This document shows positions 38,050 through 49,815 of a stretch of DNA of 64,000 bases, in pieces. Below the pieces are notes generated by a model that was not told the origin of the DNA, did no database searches, and saw nothing but the letters and a program-made list of their open reading frames with translations. How positions within the stretch are numbered: the stretch's first letter is position 1; the number at the start of each line of letters is the position of its first letter. Location of the stretch: contig NC_087437.1 in the NCBI RefSeq assembly GCF_036321535.1, forward strand, positions 54,252,001-54,316,000. The letters are read 5' to 3'. Made by a program: the position numbers and the translations under genes. Origin of the DNA: Camelus dromedarius. Lineage: Eukaryota.

Positions 38050-38328
38050 CCTGACAACCATCAAGACTGAAAATGCCACTTCCTCTGGGAAGTACTCTCA
38101 CGGAGTTGGAATCTCACTCTTCTCTGAACAGCCCAGAGCTTTCTCAAGGCATCGAAGCCATTGCCTTAAACTACAGTCATCTGTGCACCTGCCAAGTGAT
38201 CTCTGTAAGACTCTAAGTTCCTTATGATGGGGGTAGTTTTAAAATGCTCCACGTATTCCCACAGCCATAACAAAGTGTCTGGCACCACGTAGGCATCTAG
38301 GAAATACTAGTTGAATGAATGAATGAAA
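38050..38328 (+). mobile_element. L2 3' end with (TGAA)n tail
   Basis: AAATGCCACTTCCTCTGGGAAG...AGACTCTAAGTTCCT...GTGTCTGGCAC...GTAGGCA...GTTGAATGAATGAATGAA. Confidence 0.85.
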
Positions 38329-40694
38329 AGACCCAACTTTCAGATTGGGGTTCTCACAGTCATGTTAGGAAAATCAATGCAACCAGCTCTCCAGGGTCAA
38401 AGCCGGCCAAATCTTAAGACAACTGTCTGTGACTTTTAAAATAAAACATCTCATTTGTTTTTCACCCTGTAGGGTTTTTCCTCTGAATTCAGCTTCACCT
38501 CTTGCCTGGTTATGGTGGGTCCCCTGTCCATCTGGCCTAGAAAGTACGTTTCAAAAGAGACACTGTAACAAGAGAGAGGGAACACTTAAGTCATGTCAAG
38601 TTCTGAAGTCCGTTGCACCCCCCCCCAACCCATGGCTGATCCTGAAGTTAACCTTACACAGTTTAAATTGATATAGTTCTTCTTAGCTTTCAAGGAGTTC
38701 CTCATCCTTTTAGAAACAATGGAACCCCATTGAGAACACAGGCTAAACCTTATCCCCAAAGTGTAGCAAGAACATATAGAAATACTGAAGTGTACAAGAT
38801 ACCCCTGATAAAAGTATGATTTTATAAGGAGCTCCTTAAAATAGACAATCCTCCAAAGTCATCTACTTTAACCCTCTGACTTGGCAGATAGGATAATGTG
38901 GCTCAGAGAGAGGAAATGAGTTGCCAAAGGTGACAATTCAATTTAACAAAAGAAGTGAGGATAAGAGTCAGGACAAGAGACTCCTAAATGGAATCCTCTC
39001 CCTTTTGGACTTTGCTAGCCTTCATGACTGGGTTACCAGTTGGTGATTCCTAATATGAAGCCTCTCAGATAGATCATCAGATTACATTTGAGGTAAAAGT
39101 TTGGGTTTGAGGAAGTCCTCAGGCTTAGGCAAGACTGATTTAAGGGTCTGGATGACAAGGGGTCTCTATTTTTGATCACACACTAAACATTTGTACCTAC
39201 CAAGCCATGGCAGGATCAATTCGCTGGTTGGAGTCAAAAAAGCGTGAGTCACTGCTTTCACCAGTGATAAATCCAACTGCTGGCACGGAAGGAATCAAAT
39301 GCAAATTGACAGCTGAGATTGGTGCATCCTGGCCTCCCTTCATCCATGGTTCTACTGTGCAAGTCCATGCTGGTAGAACACGTTACATTGCCTCACAATG
39401 ATGGTCAAAGCTTTCAGAGTAGTTATGATAGCGTAATGTTGCTGGTGGCTAAAAAGCCGTCAAAAGTGAGCAATGACTGAGCAGATGGCAAGGACCAGCA
39501 GGTGAAGTCCCAGCCCTGATTCTGATTCTGTACCTGACTGTACCTCTGTGGGCTGCATTTCCCCCATCTGAGAACAGAAGGGGTGAGCCAGGGGATGCAC
39601 ACAGTCCCTTCCACTTCTAGGATTCGTTGAGCCTACGAATGTATCAATTCTTTCTTTCTCTGGTTTGGTTCTGTGAGTCCTCATGAGAGCAGCTGCTCAG
39701 AAACATGTCATTTCAGCTAACAGTCTTGACGTCAAGAATCACGTTTACTCTAACCCTTGCAGCTGTGCAGGAGCTGGAAACACGCACCCATCTTTAGAGT
39801 CAGTTCCAGTCTCAGCTTTACCCCTAAGTGATCTTGAACAACTTCGGTTCCCTTTCTCAACCTCCAGTTCTTCCTCTGAAACATCCAAGTAATAATATGT
39901 ATTTGACAGAGTTGTCTTGCAGGTCAGATGAGATTTTAGACATCAGAGTGCTTGTAACCTGAAAAGCATAAGGGGTTGTGTGGGGGAGGATGAGAATGAC
40001 GACATAGATGAGGGGTCACGAACACTTTTTGATTTTCCATAGAGATACAAATGAGCGGTAGCTTTGGGGTCATCAAGTAAGGGCAGAGATGGAGGTGTGC
40101 TATCTGGGCGCCTGTGCTCTGCTCCCCCTGAGAACGAGGCTAGCAGCTCCTGCGTCACCCTCTCCTTCCTTTCCACTGTCACCCTGGTCTCCCCAGTCCA
40201 ACAGAGAGTGTCACCCAGCTTACGTCTTGCGCCTCCCTCGCCCCCACCCTCCTGACTGCAGACCCAGCTGGAGTGTCAAATCAAAACCTCTGTACCGATA
40301 TCTCACCCTCACTTCTTTAGTCCTCTAGACCATCTAAAAGAAAACAGCAGAGGCGCTCCCTCCACCTACGCATTTCCCTTTGTTTTGAGGGCGGTGGCAG
40401 CCTGGCCCTGTGGCAGTTACAGCTCCTGGCCAGAAAAGCAGCTCCATCTCCAATTCCTCTCTTGGCGCCTAAGTTCCGGGTGTTCAGCTTACCTGGCCTT
40501 TTCCTGGTGGTAAGTCAGGTGTGACGGCGTCCGGTAGGCACGGCACAGTAGGTGGAAGACGGGGCTTCTCATGTGGATGCACCAGCTTATGGAGCTGCAA
40601 AGGACCTTAGGAAATACCTGATTCAAACCCGCCCCACCCCCGTTGGTTACAGATGTACAAACAGCCCTGGAGGAGAGAAGCAGCATGTAGTGTC

Positions 40695-40850
40695 ATTTAG
40701 AAGTAGAGCCAGGAGGGTTTTAAGGCCATCTAAGCCCAACTCCTCATCTGACAGATGAGGAAACTGAGGCCCAGCGATGCTAAAACACCTGTTCTTGAGT
40801 TAAAGAGCTAGTACTGAAACCCATAACCTCTGGTTCCAAGTTCAGATCTC
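40695..40850 (-). mobile_element. MIR SINE
   Basis: ACAGATGAGGAAACTGAGGCCCAG core. Confidence 0.85.
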
Positions 40851-41313
40851 ATTTCCTGAGAACCACACACAAGATGCATAGGGTAGAAATTGTGGACAGG
40901 AAATCCAGTTTCTGAGGATACATAGATAAAACAGTAGGCTTTTATATTCATGTAAATTTGAGGAAATAAATGTATATCCATGTTTTGGAACTCCCATTTT
41001 ACTCTACAAGAGATTCATCGCATGTTTTTGTACATAGAATGTGATGAAGAGGATAATTAAACATGCCTTAGCGGTTTAGGATATATGGGCATAGGCACAA
41101 AATCACCAGGAGGAATTACCTTTAGGCCAACCCTGAAGCCCACAGGAACCATGGAAGAGTCAATTTCCTGCCATCAGGACTCAGCTCATCTGTGATGGTC
41201 CAAAGCTGGGCCCCCCTGGTTGAGAGTTAAGCCTGGAAACAGAGGAGTCTGTGTGTGTCTTGGACCCAAAGCCAATTACTTACTGAAGTATTTGTCTGAC
41301 TTTGAGGCCAGAC

Positions 41314-41737
41314 CAATGGTGAGCTGATAAATGTTTCACAACTGGCTCTCAGTGGGAGGCGGGTGGTAAGAGGAAGTTTTCATTTGTTGTGTTTTCCAGT
41401 ATCCTCGGAATAGATATTCCCACCATGGCCACTTTCAAGCTATCAGCGCTGAATATGGAGTTTGGAATGAATGCACAGCAGTATGGAATAGTTCTAATGT
41501 ATGGATACAAGCAAAATTAATACCCTCACGAACATACATGATAATACAATGTCATAAAATAATAGGAAGTGGTGAGTTTTGAGTATTTCTTACCATTGTT
41601 TTTAATATAATTTATTTGTATGTCTACACAATTTAATTTTTAATAATAGCTATACTTCCAATCAGTTCACAAAATTCCTGATAACCTAACAATCGGCTCT
41701 TGTAAGCTGGAACGAGTCAGCTCCCAGCAAACATCTG
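41314..41737 (-). mobile_element. MER63-family hAT-Blackjack DNA transposon with 8-bp TSD
   Basis: Ends CAATGGTGAGCTG / CAGCAAACATCTG. Internal TCCCACCATGGCCACTTTCAAGCTA, AGGAAGTGGTGAGTTTTGAGTATTT and AACAATCGGCTCT. Identical GGCCAGAC at 41306-41313 and 41738-41745. The host MIR resumes at ~41746-41930. Confidence 0.9.
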
Positions 41738-41959
41738 GGCCAGACCGATCTAAGTTTGAACGCTGGCCTAGCCTTCCACCAGCTATGTGATGTTGGGTGA
41801 GGTTTAAAACTGCTTTGAGCTCTAGTTTTTTCAGCTGAAGAAAGCAACACAATAGTCATAACTTCATGGGTTTACTGGTGATGCTCCAGTGAGGTCATGC
41901 TCAGCACAGTAGCTGTACATAAACATCCTACAAATCACCGCGAGCGCATCCCAAGCCGA

Positions 41960-42450
41960 ATTCATTCACTCAATAAGCATTTTGCAGGGATGTACTTTAT
42001 AGGTGCATGGTCTTCAGTAGCATGCGCTGTGGGGGGTCACTTGTGCCCTGTTCTCAAAGAGTCCACAGTCTAACAGGATGGGCTATAATGGACACCAGTA
42101 AGCATAATCCAGAACGAGTTGTGATCAGCTTGGGGAGGAAGGGAAGGAAGGATTTTCGGAGGAGACTGCATTTGAGCCGTAGATTTCAGAATAGATGTAG
42201 ACATGCAGAGATGTCCAGGAAAGGGGGCGCCAAGAAGAGCGAAGACAGGGAGCGAAGGCAAAGGTAAAGGAGCACAGAGGCAGAGGTGTATAACATTTGC
42301 TGGAACAAGAGTATGAAAAGGGGCTTTGGGGAGAAGGTTGGAAAGGCAAGGAACTTCCAGACCACACCAGCCTTGAATGCTAAGGAATTTGGTTTATGTT
42401 CACATAGGTAACGATGAGCCTGGGGAAATGTCTTCCTCTGACACAAGGCA
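41960..42450 (-). mobile_element. L2 3' portion
   Basis: ATTCATTCACTCAATAAGCATTT...CCCTGTTCTCAAAGAGTCCACAGTCTA...GCTAAGGAATTTGGTTTAT. Confidence 0.8.
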
Positions 42451-43824
42451 GATTTTTTGATTACCCATCTGTTATTTTAAATATGTGTTCCCTGAATACA
42501 TTTTGATGGTCACTGTTCCTTCCTTTAACTGGAATCGTCAAGAGTTAATCAGATAGTGAAACACATTGTTAAACTAAGTAAATTTCCCCTGTGGAGCGTT
42601 TGGGGATAGAAGGTGGTATTGTAATTCCCCATTGAAAACAAAGTCATTATTGAAAGCCTTTGATAAATATTAGGCAGGCTCAAGCCAGTGGCAGGATTTC
42701 ATAAGTTTTGAATTGTCTCCTGCGTCCCTCTTGCATTTTGCTTCACACACAAAGTCAGATGACCTACATCTTTATCTGCTCCCGTCTTCAGCTTCTATAT
42801 ATAGTCTTCGGTTATGAATGTTTTTTCCTATGAAAAGGTCAGATCTTGCACACGTACCATCAAGGCAAAGGCCCAGCTTATTAAAAAGCAGGCGGGCGAG
42901 TTTGTAAAAGTCATTGAAATATTACTGATGGGGGAAAAGCTGGGCAGGCAGCTCTGCTGAAAAAGAAATGGCCACCAAACTTTCTCGGAGAGAAGACAGG
43001 GAAGCCTGTGTCTTATGATTTCAGAAGCATTTTTCCATCTGGCTGAAGCGCCCCAGGGCTGTCTGTGGCCCGAGTTAACAGAAGCAGGCTGGGACACCCC
43101 CACCCCCAGCTCTCTCGTGCATGCGGGTGCAGACTCACCTCAATCAGAGAGACACCAAGCTCTGTTAGCTCCTCCTCCACACCTCAAACCCCCATGGAAC
43201 ATCTGGAGGTGGAGCTGGGGAAGGTACCTCAGCCAGAGAGAGGCAAACCCAATTTGGGGTTTCCGGTCGTATGTGGAGTGCAGCAGCCACCCTTGGCCAA
43301 CATTGCAACACCAGAGAACTGGGGGAGAGTTGAACTCTTACTTTTAAGCCAAAAGTTCACAGGTTCAAATACCCCTCTAATGTCACCTGCTCCCTGGAGC
43401 TAACCTTTGAGTCTGAATGCTCTGATAACATTGAGCTGCTTTAGGAAAGAGGCCTGCGGAGTCCACTTGGTTCCTTTCTCAACAAGGCCAAGCTCTTTTC
43501 CAGAATGAAATTATTTAATAACTAATGTGAATGAGATGGGATGCTCTGAAGTTCTAAGAGTTTAAGTGACTTGTCCAAGTTCACTCAAGAAGTCAGGCTC
43601 CTGCTGACTCGACATGTGGCCAAGGAACCCATACTGGGATGGGCGCTGTTGTCACAGAAAGCGATAGATACCACTGTGTCTGTCCTCGATCCGGTAACAT
43701 CTGCCTGCCAAGACAAGCTTCACAGGGGGCTTTATAAGGTAAGGATCACCAGGTTACAGTGAGGAAAGTGTTAAGTTGAAGGTCAGAAGAACCTCATTAT
43801 GGTTTTAGATCAGATGCTGTCACA

Positions 43825-43950
43825 CACATTTATTCACTCATTTATTCATTCAGTAAATATTTGTTGAGACTATGCCAGGATTCCTTCGAGGCACTGGAGA
43901 AACAGAGTTATGAACAAAAACAGACCTAGTTCTGACCTCACGGAGCTTGG
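43825..43950 (-). mobile_element. L2 3' end
   Basis: ATTCATTCAGTAAATATTTGTTGAG...GGCACTGGAGA...CTGACCTCACGGAGCTT. Confidence 0.8.
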
Positions 43951-44019
43951 ACTTGTGACCTTCTTTGTAGACATTGCAGATTTTTTATTTTTTATTTTTT
44001 ATTTTTTTTGCTCACCCCT

Positions 44020-44110
44020 TCTTCTGCCGCCTAGAGAGTGAGCCCCTCGGGACAGGAGCTCCGCCTAACCCACTTGTAAATCTCACTGCCTGGCACCCAG
44101 TAGGTATCGG
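44020..44110 (+). mobile_element. L2 3' end
   Basis: CTAGAGAGTGAGCCCCTCGGGACAGG...TGCCTGGCACCCAGTAGG. Confidence 0.7.
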
Positions 44111-44489
44111 TTTGCAGGAGTGATCTGTGAGGTTTCCCTAATCATTCATTTAAAAGAGATAGAGGCTTCTAAAAAGAAATTAGAGTTGAGATTCCTCTGG
44201 GGTACTTCACCTATTTCTTGACTAACAAAGTGATTCCGGAAGCCCAGTTTGTGGGCTTTGGCTGAAGAGGCCACGTAAACAGTACATCCTTCTTATCTTC
44301 CACCTCGAAGCTCTGAGTCTCACGCACTTGGCCGGACTTCCTCCTCTGAATAGCTAAGTTTATGTATCTCTCCTGAGGGTCCTGAGACTCCCAGATCCAG
44401 CTCCTCTTGGACCCCCACAAAGTTCCCTTGCTCACGCCTAAGGAGACATTTCTAGATTAGAATAAAATAGTGCTAAGCATTTGTAGTTA

Positions 44490-44660
44490 AATACGAAGGA
44501 AAAGAAAAGAACAAAGACTCGTCGTAGCAGGAGGAGCTGCCCAAGGATAGAGCAGGCCACTTCCTGGGGTGACGATTCTCTGTCACCCAAGTGGTCCAGC
44601 AGAAGTGAGGCCACCCCCTCAACAATGACATGAGGAGAGTCGAGCGTGAGATGGGGACAT
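44490..44660 (+). mobile_element. L3/CR1 3' fragment
   Basis: GAGCTGCCCAAGGATAGAGCAGGCCACTT...TCTCTGTCACCCAAGTGGTCCAGCAGAAG. Confidence 0.65.
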
Positions 44661-45324
44661 GTCACTCTCTTGACATACTTTCAACCCAGTCTTCTGGGAC
44701 GACCTCTGCATTCTTCACCATTCTGAGTATCAGTGATGCACTAAATCCCTGAACTTTCATCCACTCTTTTCCCTGATGAAGGGTCCTACCTGAAAAACTA
44801 ACTTCCATCTAACCTCATCTTTACCAGCCCACAGACTATGATAATCGTGCTGGTCCAAGATGAATGGCTTTCTTCTATTTTGCTGGTTTAACTCTCTTAA
44901 AATTACACTTTTGATGCACTGCTCACCTGCTCTGAAACCTTCACCGCTCCCTATCAGCTCCAGGCTACACCCCAGTCACTTCAGCCTCACACTCAAGATC
45001 TTTCACCATTAGGCCAGCACCTCACCTTTTCAGCTTCACCTTGAACTACTCCTTATCTACCAACTTGTTCCCTAGTCTGATCCATACAGAGCCTCTGGAC
45101 TCCCCTGCACCTTTTCCATCTCCACGTTCTTCCTCACAGTACTTCAGTACCAATCGTATTTGTGGTGTCTATTTCCCAGTTCCTTGGAGTATTTCCTTAT
45201 TTGCTTATGCTCCTGTGTCTTCACTGTCACGTGCCCGGTGCTCAGTCTAGCTCTCAGGCCACGTTTCTTGGCTGGAATTAACTTGAATTAGAGAACATTT
45301 TTCCATGCAGGGAGGCAGGAGGGC

Positions 45325-45545
45325 ACATTAGCAGAGAGCACAGATTCTGCAACCAGCCTTCCTTGGTTTGAGTCCTAGCTTTGTCACTTTCTGATAGGAT
45401 GATCCTGAACAAGTTACTTAAACTCCCAGGGACTCAGTTTCCTCATCTGTAGAATGGGAAAAATAACCTCTACCACATGTCATGAGGTTTAAATGAGTTG
45501 GTTTTTACGAAGTGCTTACTTCAGTGCCAGGCACACAGCCCCCTG
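45325..45545 (+). mobile_element. MIR SINE
   Basis: GTTTGAGTCCTAGCTTTGTCACTT...CAAGTTACTTAA...CTCAGTTTCCTCATCTGTAGAATGGG...GAGGTTTAAATGAG. Confidence 0.9.
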
Positions 45546-47689
45546 CTTAGGTGGCACTGAATCATTCTTTAAAGCGCCCTTTTATTTCTCCCTCCTTCAC
45601 AAAGATTAATTCTATTTTCCATGTATAAAGCACTTCAGAGTTTACGAAGACCTTTCATATGTGTTTTCACATTTAATCATCGCAGTAATATGGGAGGTAG
45701 GTGTCGCCATCCCCGGAGAGTTTTGGTGACACAAGTAAAAGCAGGGGGAGGGGGATTGTGACCGGAACTCAGAGGTTCTGGGTCTCTGTCTTGAGTGTGT
45801 TCAGTGACAACATTTCACTCCCAGCCTGGCCCAGTGGGCTGGCCGTGGCACTGTCCAGCATGATGCCAGATAAGCCTCAGCCCTGCTCTAAGGGAAGGGT
45901 TCACCAAGACCCAGAGCCAGTGCTGTGGTTCCCGCAGCCCCTCAGCACATTTACTGAATTTCTGGACCAGGGTTTCTTATCTTGGCCGCGAGGGGGATTT
46001 ACTAGCTTCATGCACTCCCTGGAGGCTCTGCGGTTTCATTTCACCTCGACTGCATATTGCTCTGTGATCTTTGCTCCATCTCTGTGTGCAAACCTTTCTC
46101 ACTGCAGGACCCCAGGTGATGCAACCACAGAACAGAGCACCCAGGTTAGAAGGAATGTTGGAGATCATTAAGTTCACTCCCCTTAAACCATTTTACAATT
46201 GAGAACACAGAGTTGCAGGAAAAGAAATTAATTGTTCGAAGACCCCACTAGTTTATGTACCACTTAGGGCAGGGCCATGTTTAGGCACTGGAGAAATAAG
46301 GATAGGACACTTGCTTTCAGGAAACACATAGTCTAGTAAACTATGTCTTACTCATTATCTCATACGTCTAATCCAGTATCTAAAACATGGAGTAGGTACT
46401 CCATAGATGCTTCCTGAATAAATGAATAATGAATTAATGAATGTCATTGACCAGTCACTGATTGAGCTGGCCCTAGACCCTGGGCTCCAGATTTCCAATC
46501 TGTGGCTCCCCACTGCTCACCCATTCTGCCTCCCCCATTCAGACTCACTTCATAGTAAGGTTTGAGAAACAGCTTATAAACATGGCCAAAAAGCTTTGCA
46601 AGGGGTCCTGCCATTTATGTTTATTCATGACTTACAGCCAGATTCCCAGTCATTTCGTAGAAGAGTTTGTGCTCTCTCTTTCTCCCAAAGTGATGGAAGT
46701 TAAGCAAGGAAGCAGAGATGCAGCAGAAAACCCATGTCGACAGCCCAGGACCTGCCCTGTGGGTTGCTGGTACTGTCTAAAGTGTTCCCACGTCCTTGCG
46801 GCACAAGCAGAAACCAGCACCTGATGCATAGTGATTCACGGTCAATATCTTAACATTTCACATTTTTCCAGATTCCACTCATTTCATAGAATGTCCAAGC
46901 TGCAGGTTACCTTAGAGATACACAAGCTTAATAATCCCTTCATAGCTAAAAATAAAGCTAAAAAATAAAGAGTCAGAGGGGGAAACTAAATGGCTCATAG
47001 TCACACAGCACGTCAGCAGCTCAGACTAACCTGGAACCTCGACTTCCTGGATTCCAGTTAAGAGAAGATTTTCAATCCCCAAACTGCTAGACCTGGCATT
47101 AAGCCAGCAGACTCCCTGAGCGTAAGCTTCTCAACAGCGCAGGTTCTGTGTGACTTACCCTTCTCTCTTGTACTGCCTGCATGGTGTTCTGACTTCACAG
47201 GAACTCTTTCCCTTCTCAGCACTGTGAAGTTCTCAAAGAGTCTTCGTGTTCATTTTGAGTCCCGTTTTATAGATCAGGAAGCCTCAGGCGTCCAAACGAG
47301 CAAAGGGCTCAAGGCCTCAGAAAAATGGTTGCAGGACTTGAGCCTCAGTTCTGACATCTAGTCCATGCCCTCCCTCTACGCTGCATAAGCAACCCAGTAA
47401 CTATTTGATGACCAAGTGAATGAACGATGAAAGATGGATGGATGAATGGAAGCTGACAAACATAGTAATCAATCACTCACTCTTGGGAAACAGATTTAAA
47501 AACATAAGTAACTCCAAACCCTCACTCTGCTTGGACCAGCGGTAACTTGCTTCAGCTCCCTTGTCTTTGGTTTCCCTTCACTTGACACCTCACGCGTGTG
47601 CATAAGGGAAGAGGAAAAACTAACAGTACTGAACCTCTGTGCTCTTTAAGGGGCCAGTCATTCCACAAAAGCACCAAGAAAGAAATTTA

Positions 47690-48010
47690 ACACCCCCCCC
47701 CAACAAATATCGCCATCCAGAGATTACCAGTAGTTAATATTTTGGTGACTATCTATCCTTGTTTAGTCTTCTTGTCAAAGAAGTATATTTAATTTGTTTA
47801 ATGGATTCGTACTGAACAAACTGCTTAGTAGTTTATTTTTGTCATTTCATAACAAATCACAAATATCTTGTTGGGTCATAAGTGGATCAAGTGGGAGAAT
47901 GAGCCTGATGTTTTGACAACATTTGGTGTGTGCATAGATATTGAGATTTCCAAACACTGCTTTCCATCAGATTTAAGAGTCCAATGAAGCCATTTTCCTG
48001 TGCTCTGCCT
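47690..48010 (-). mobile_element. Old L1 (L1ME/L1MC) fragment
   Basis: CCATCCAGAGATTACCAGTAGTTAATATTTTGGTG...TCATAAGTGGAT...GATTTCCAAAC. Confidence 0.5.
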
Positions 48011-49653
48011 GAGCTTCTCTGCCTCTAAGCTGGCCATGGCTATAACATGGTTAAGACATGAGTAATTAAAATAGCTCGGGATAACAGCTTTCAGTTTAAC
48101 TCTTTTATACATGAGCGCACATGCACACACACACATGCACATGCACATGCACACCGTCACACACTGTTATATGTCAGGACAATCAGGCAGACAGGGAGAC
48201 ATCCTGCATCTCATAATTTCTTTGTAACAACCCTGGAAAAGAAGCAGGGCTCATGTCGTTATGTTAAAGATGAAGAAATTGACGATCCGGGAGACTTGAC
48301 GTACATGCCTGGGATTTTTGTTCTGCTCTGTTTTTAAAATAAAATCTTCAGAAATAAAATAAGTTAACAAGTCTGAGGCTATGTTCCAAGGGGAGTTTCT
48401 TATGTTTGAAGATTAGTAGAGGATTGTATTCATTTACAGTGGAGACTCGAACCCATTTTTGATCTTTCATTCCAGGCTATTCTTTATCCCATGCTACACT
48501 GCCTTCCTGACTTAAAACGGGTTTGAAAGTTCGGGCGATTTTAGTACATTTCATAGACTAGAATCTACATACATGAACGGGCCCCACCTCGACCAGCGCG
48601 AGTGCTGACGGTGCATTCTGTGGCCTCTATGGATGGGCTGACTGCCTGTCACGTCTGTAAACGAGGTTTAATTTGATTAACGTGGGCCACTGGTCAGGAC
48701 AGCCTCCCCTGCTCAGTGAGGCGAGGGCCACTGGGCATGGCTGGCTGGAGGGCCAGAGAGAGGTTGTGATTCATTTCTGCCCCAGGCACCCACCTGGCCG
48801 GCCTGGTGCGAGGCTGTGGGACCTGGGGAAAGTGAGAGGCTGCAGGCAGCCTGCCTGTGAGCTGGGCCTCGGGAGTAATAGTGAGAAGAGGGGTGAGAGT
48901 AGCAGCTGCTGAGGTTGATATTTATATAATGACTCTCTGTGTTCGAGGCAGGAAGTGAAACCCAGGTTCTGCTGAGACACTTTCCTTCCCCCACACCGCT
49001 GCCCACGGGCGGCTCCAAGGGAGTGACATGGGGAGAGCCTTATCAAGTTATGGCCAAGCGTGTGCAGAGAGAGATGCACCAAGTTCCAAGTTCGTCACTG
49101 GGATGTCAAAGCCAAGGCTCTGCTGCCAGATCCCAGAGCCTCCCTTCCCTGGTATTCTCAGCCTCGCCCCTTCTGTCTCCCCACCTAGTCCCCCTTTATG
49201 ATGGGGAGAGCCTGGAAGCTCCCCTGCAGGTTTGCAGGAATACCGTGAGGGTAGTTGAGATAGCATCTCTAAACCCAAGGCCCATCATCCCTTGCAGCAG
49301 AATTAGCATCAAGCTCTCGGTTACATTTCCAGCCCCATTGCCTGTGGCTTCTGTGCACGGTTGTTCCCTGGCTTTTCTACCTGCCTCAAGCAGGCTTTCT
49401 CCCTCTCTCCTCTCCTCTCCTTTCAAGCGGCAATATCTTTTCAGATGACCTCAGGCTCCAGAGCAAATATTCCCATTACTGCCCACCTTCCATCTTGCTT
49501 AAGCTCCGGTTTAGGAATTCTATTATCTTTCCAAAAGGAAAGGGTGTTTTAATATAGATGATGGACCATCTAGAGAGGCTTTCCTATTCTGCTTCCCACC
49601 TTCGTAGTGGGGATTATTTGAATCATGGAAAGGTCCTTAAAAATCATCTAGCC

Positions 49654-49815
49654 CCCTGCTTCTCAACGAGTAAAGGACTAGCAGCAGCAGAAGCCCCGAG
49701 GAGCTTGTTAGAACTGCAGAATCTGAGGCCCCACTCCGGACTTACAGAATCAGAACCTGTGTTTTAGAAAGATCTCCAGATGATTCAGATGCACGTTGCA
49801 CTTTGAGAAGCACTG
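49654..49815 (+). mobile_element. MER5A/MER5A1 hAT-Charlie MITE inserted in a MIR
   Basis: TGCTTCTCAA...GAGCTTGTTAGAACTGCAGAATCTGAGGCCCCAC...GAATCAGAA...TTTGAGAAGCACTG. Diverged 8-bp TSD ATCTAGCC/CCTTAGCC. Confidence 0.9.

Noticed and set aside
45701..46171. 156-aa ORF (likewise 48939-49448, 55944-56405, 57876-58367)
   Set aside because: Non-ATG starts in some, no recognisable domain, and no supporting exon structure; lengths are compatible with chance in GC-richer DNA.
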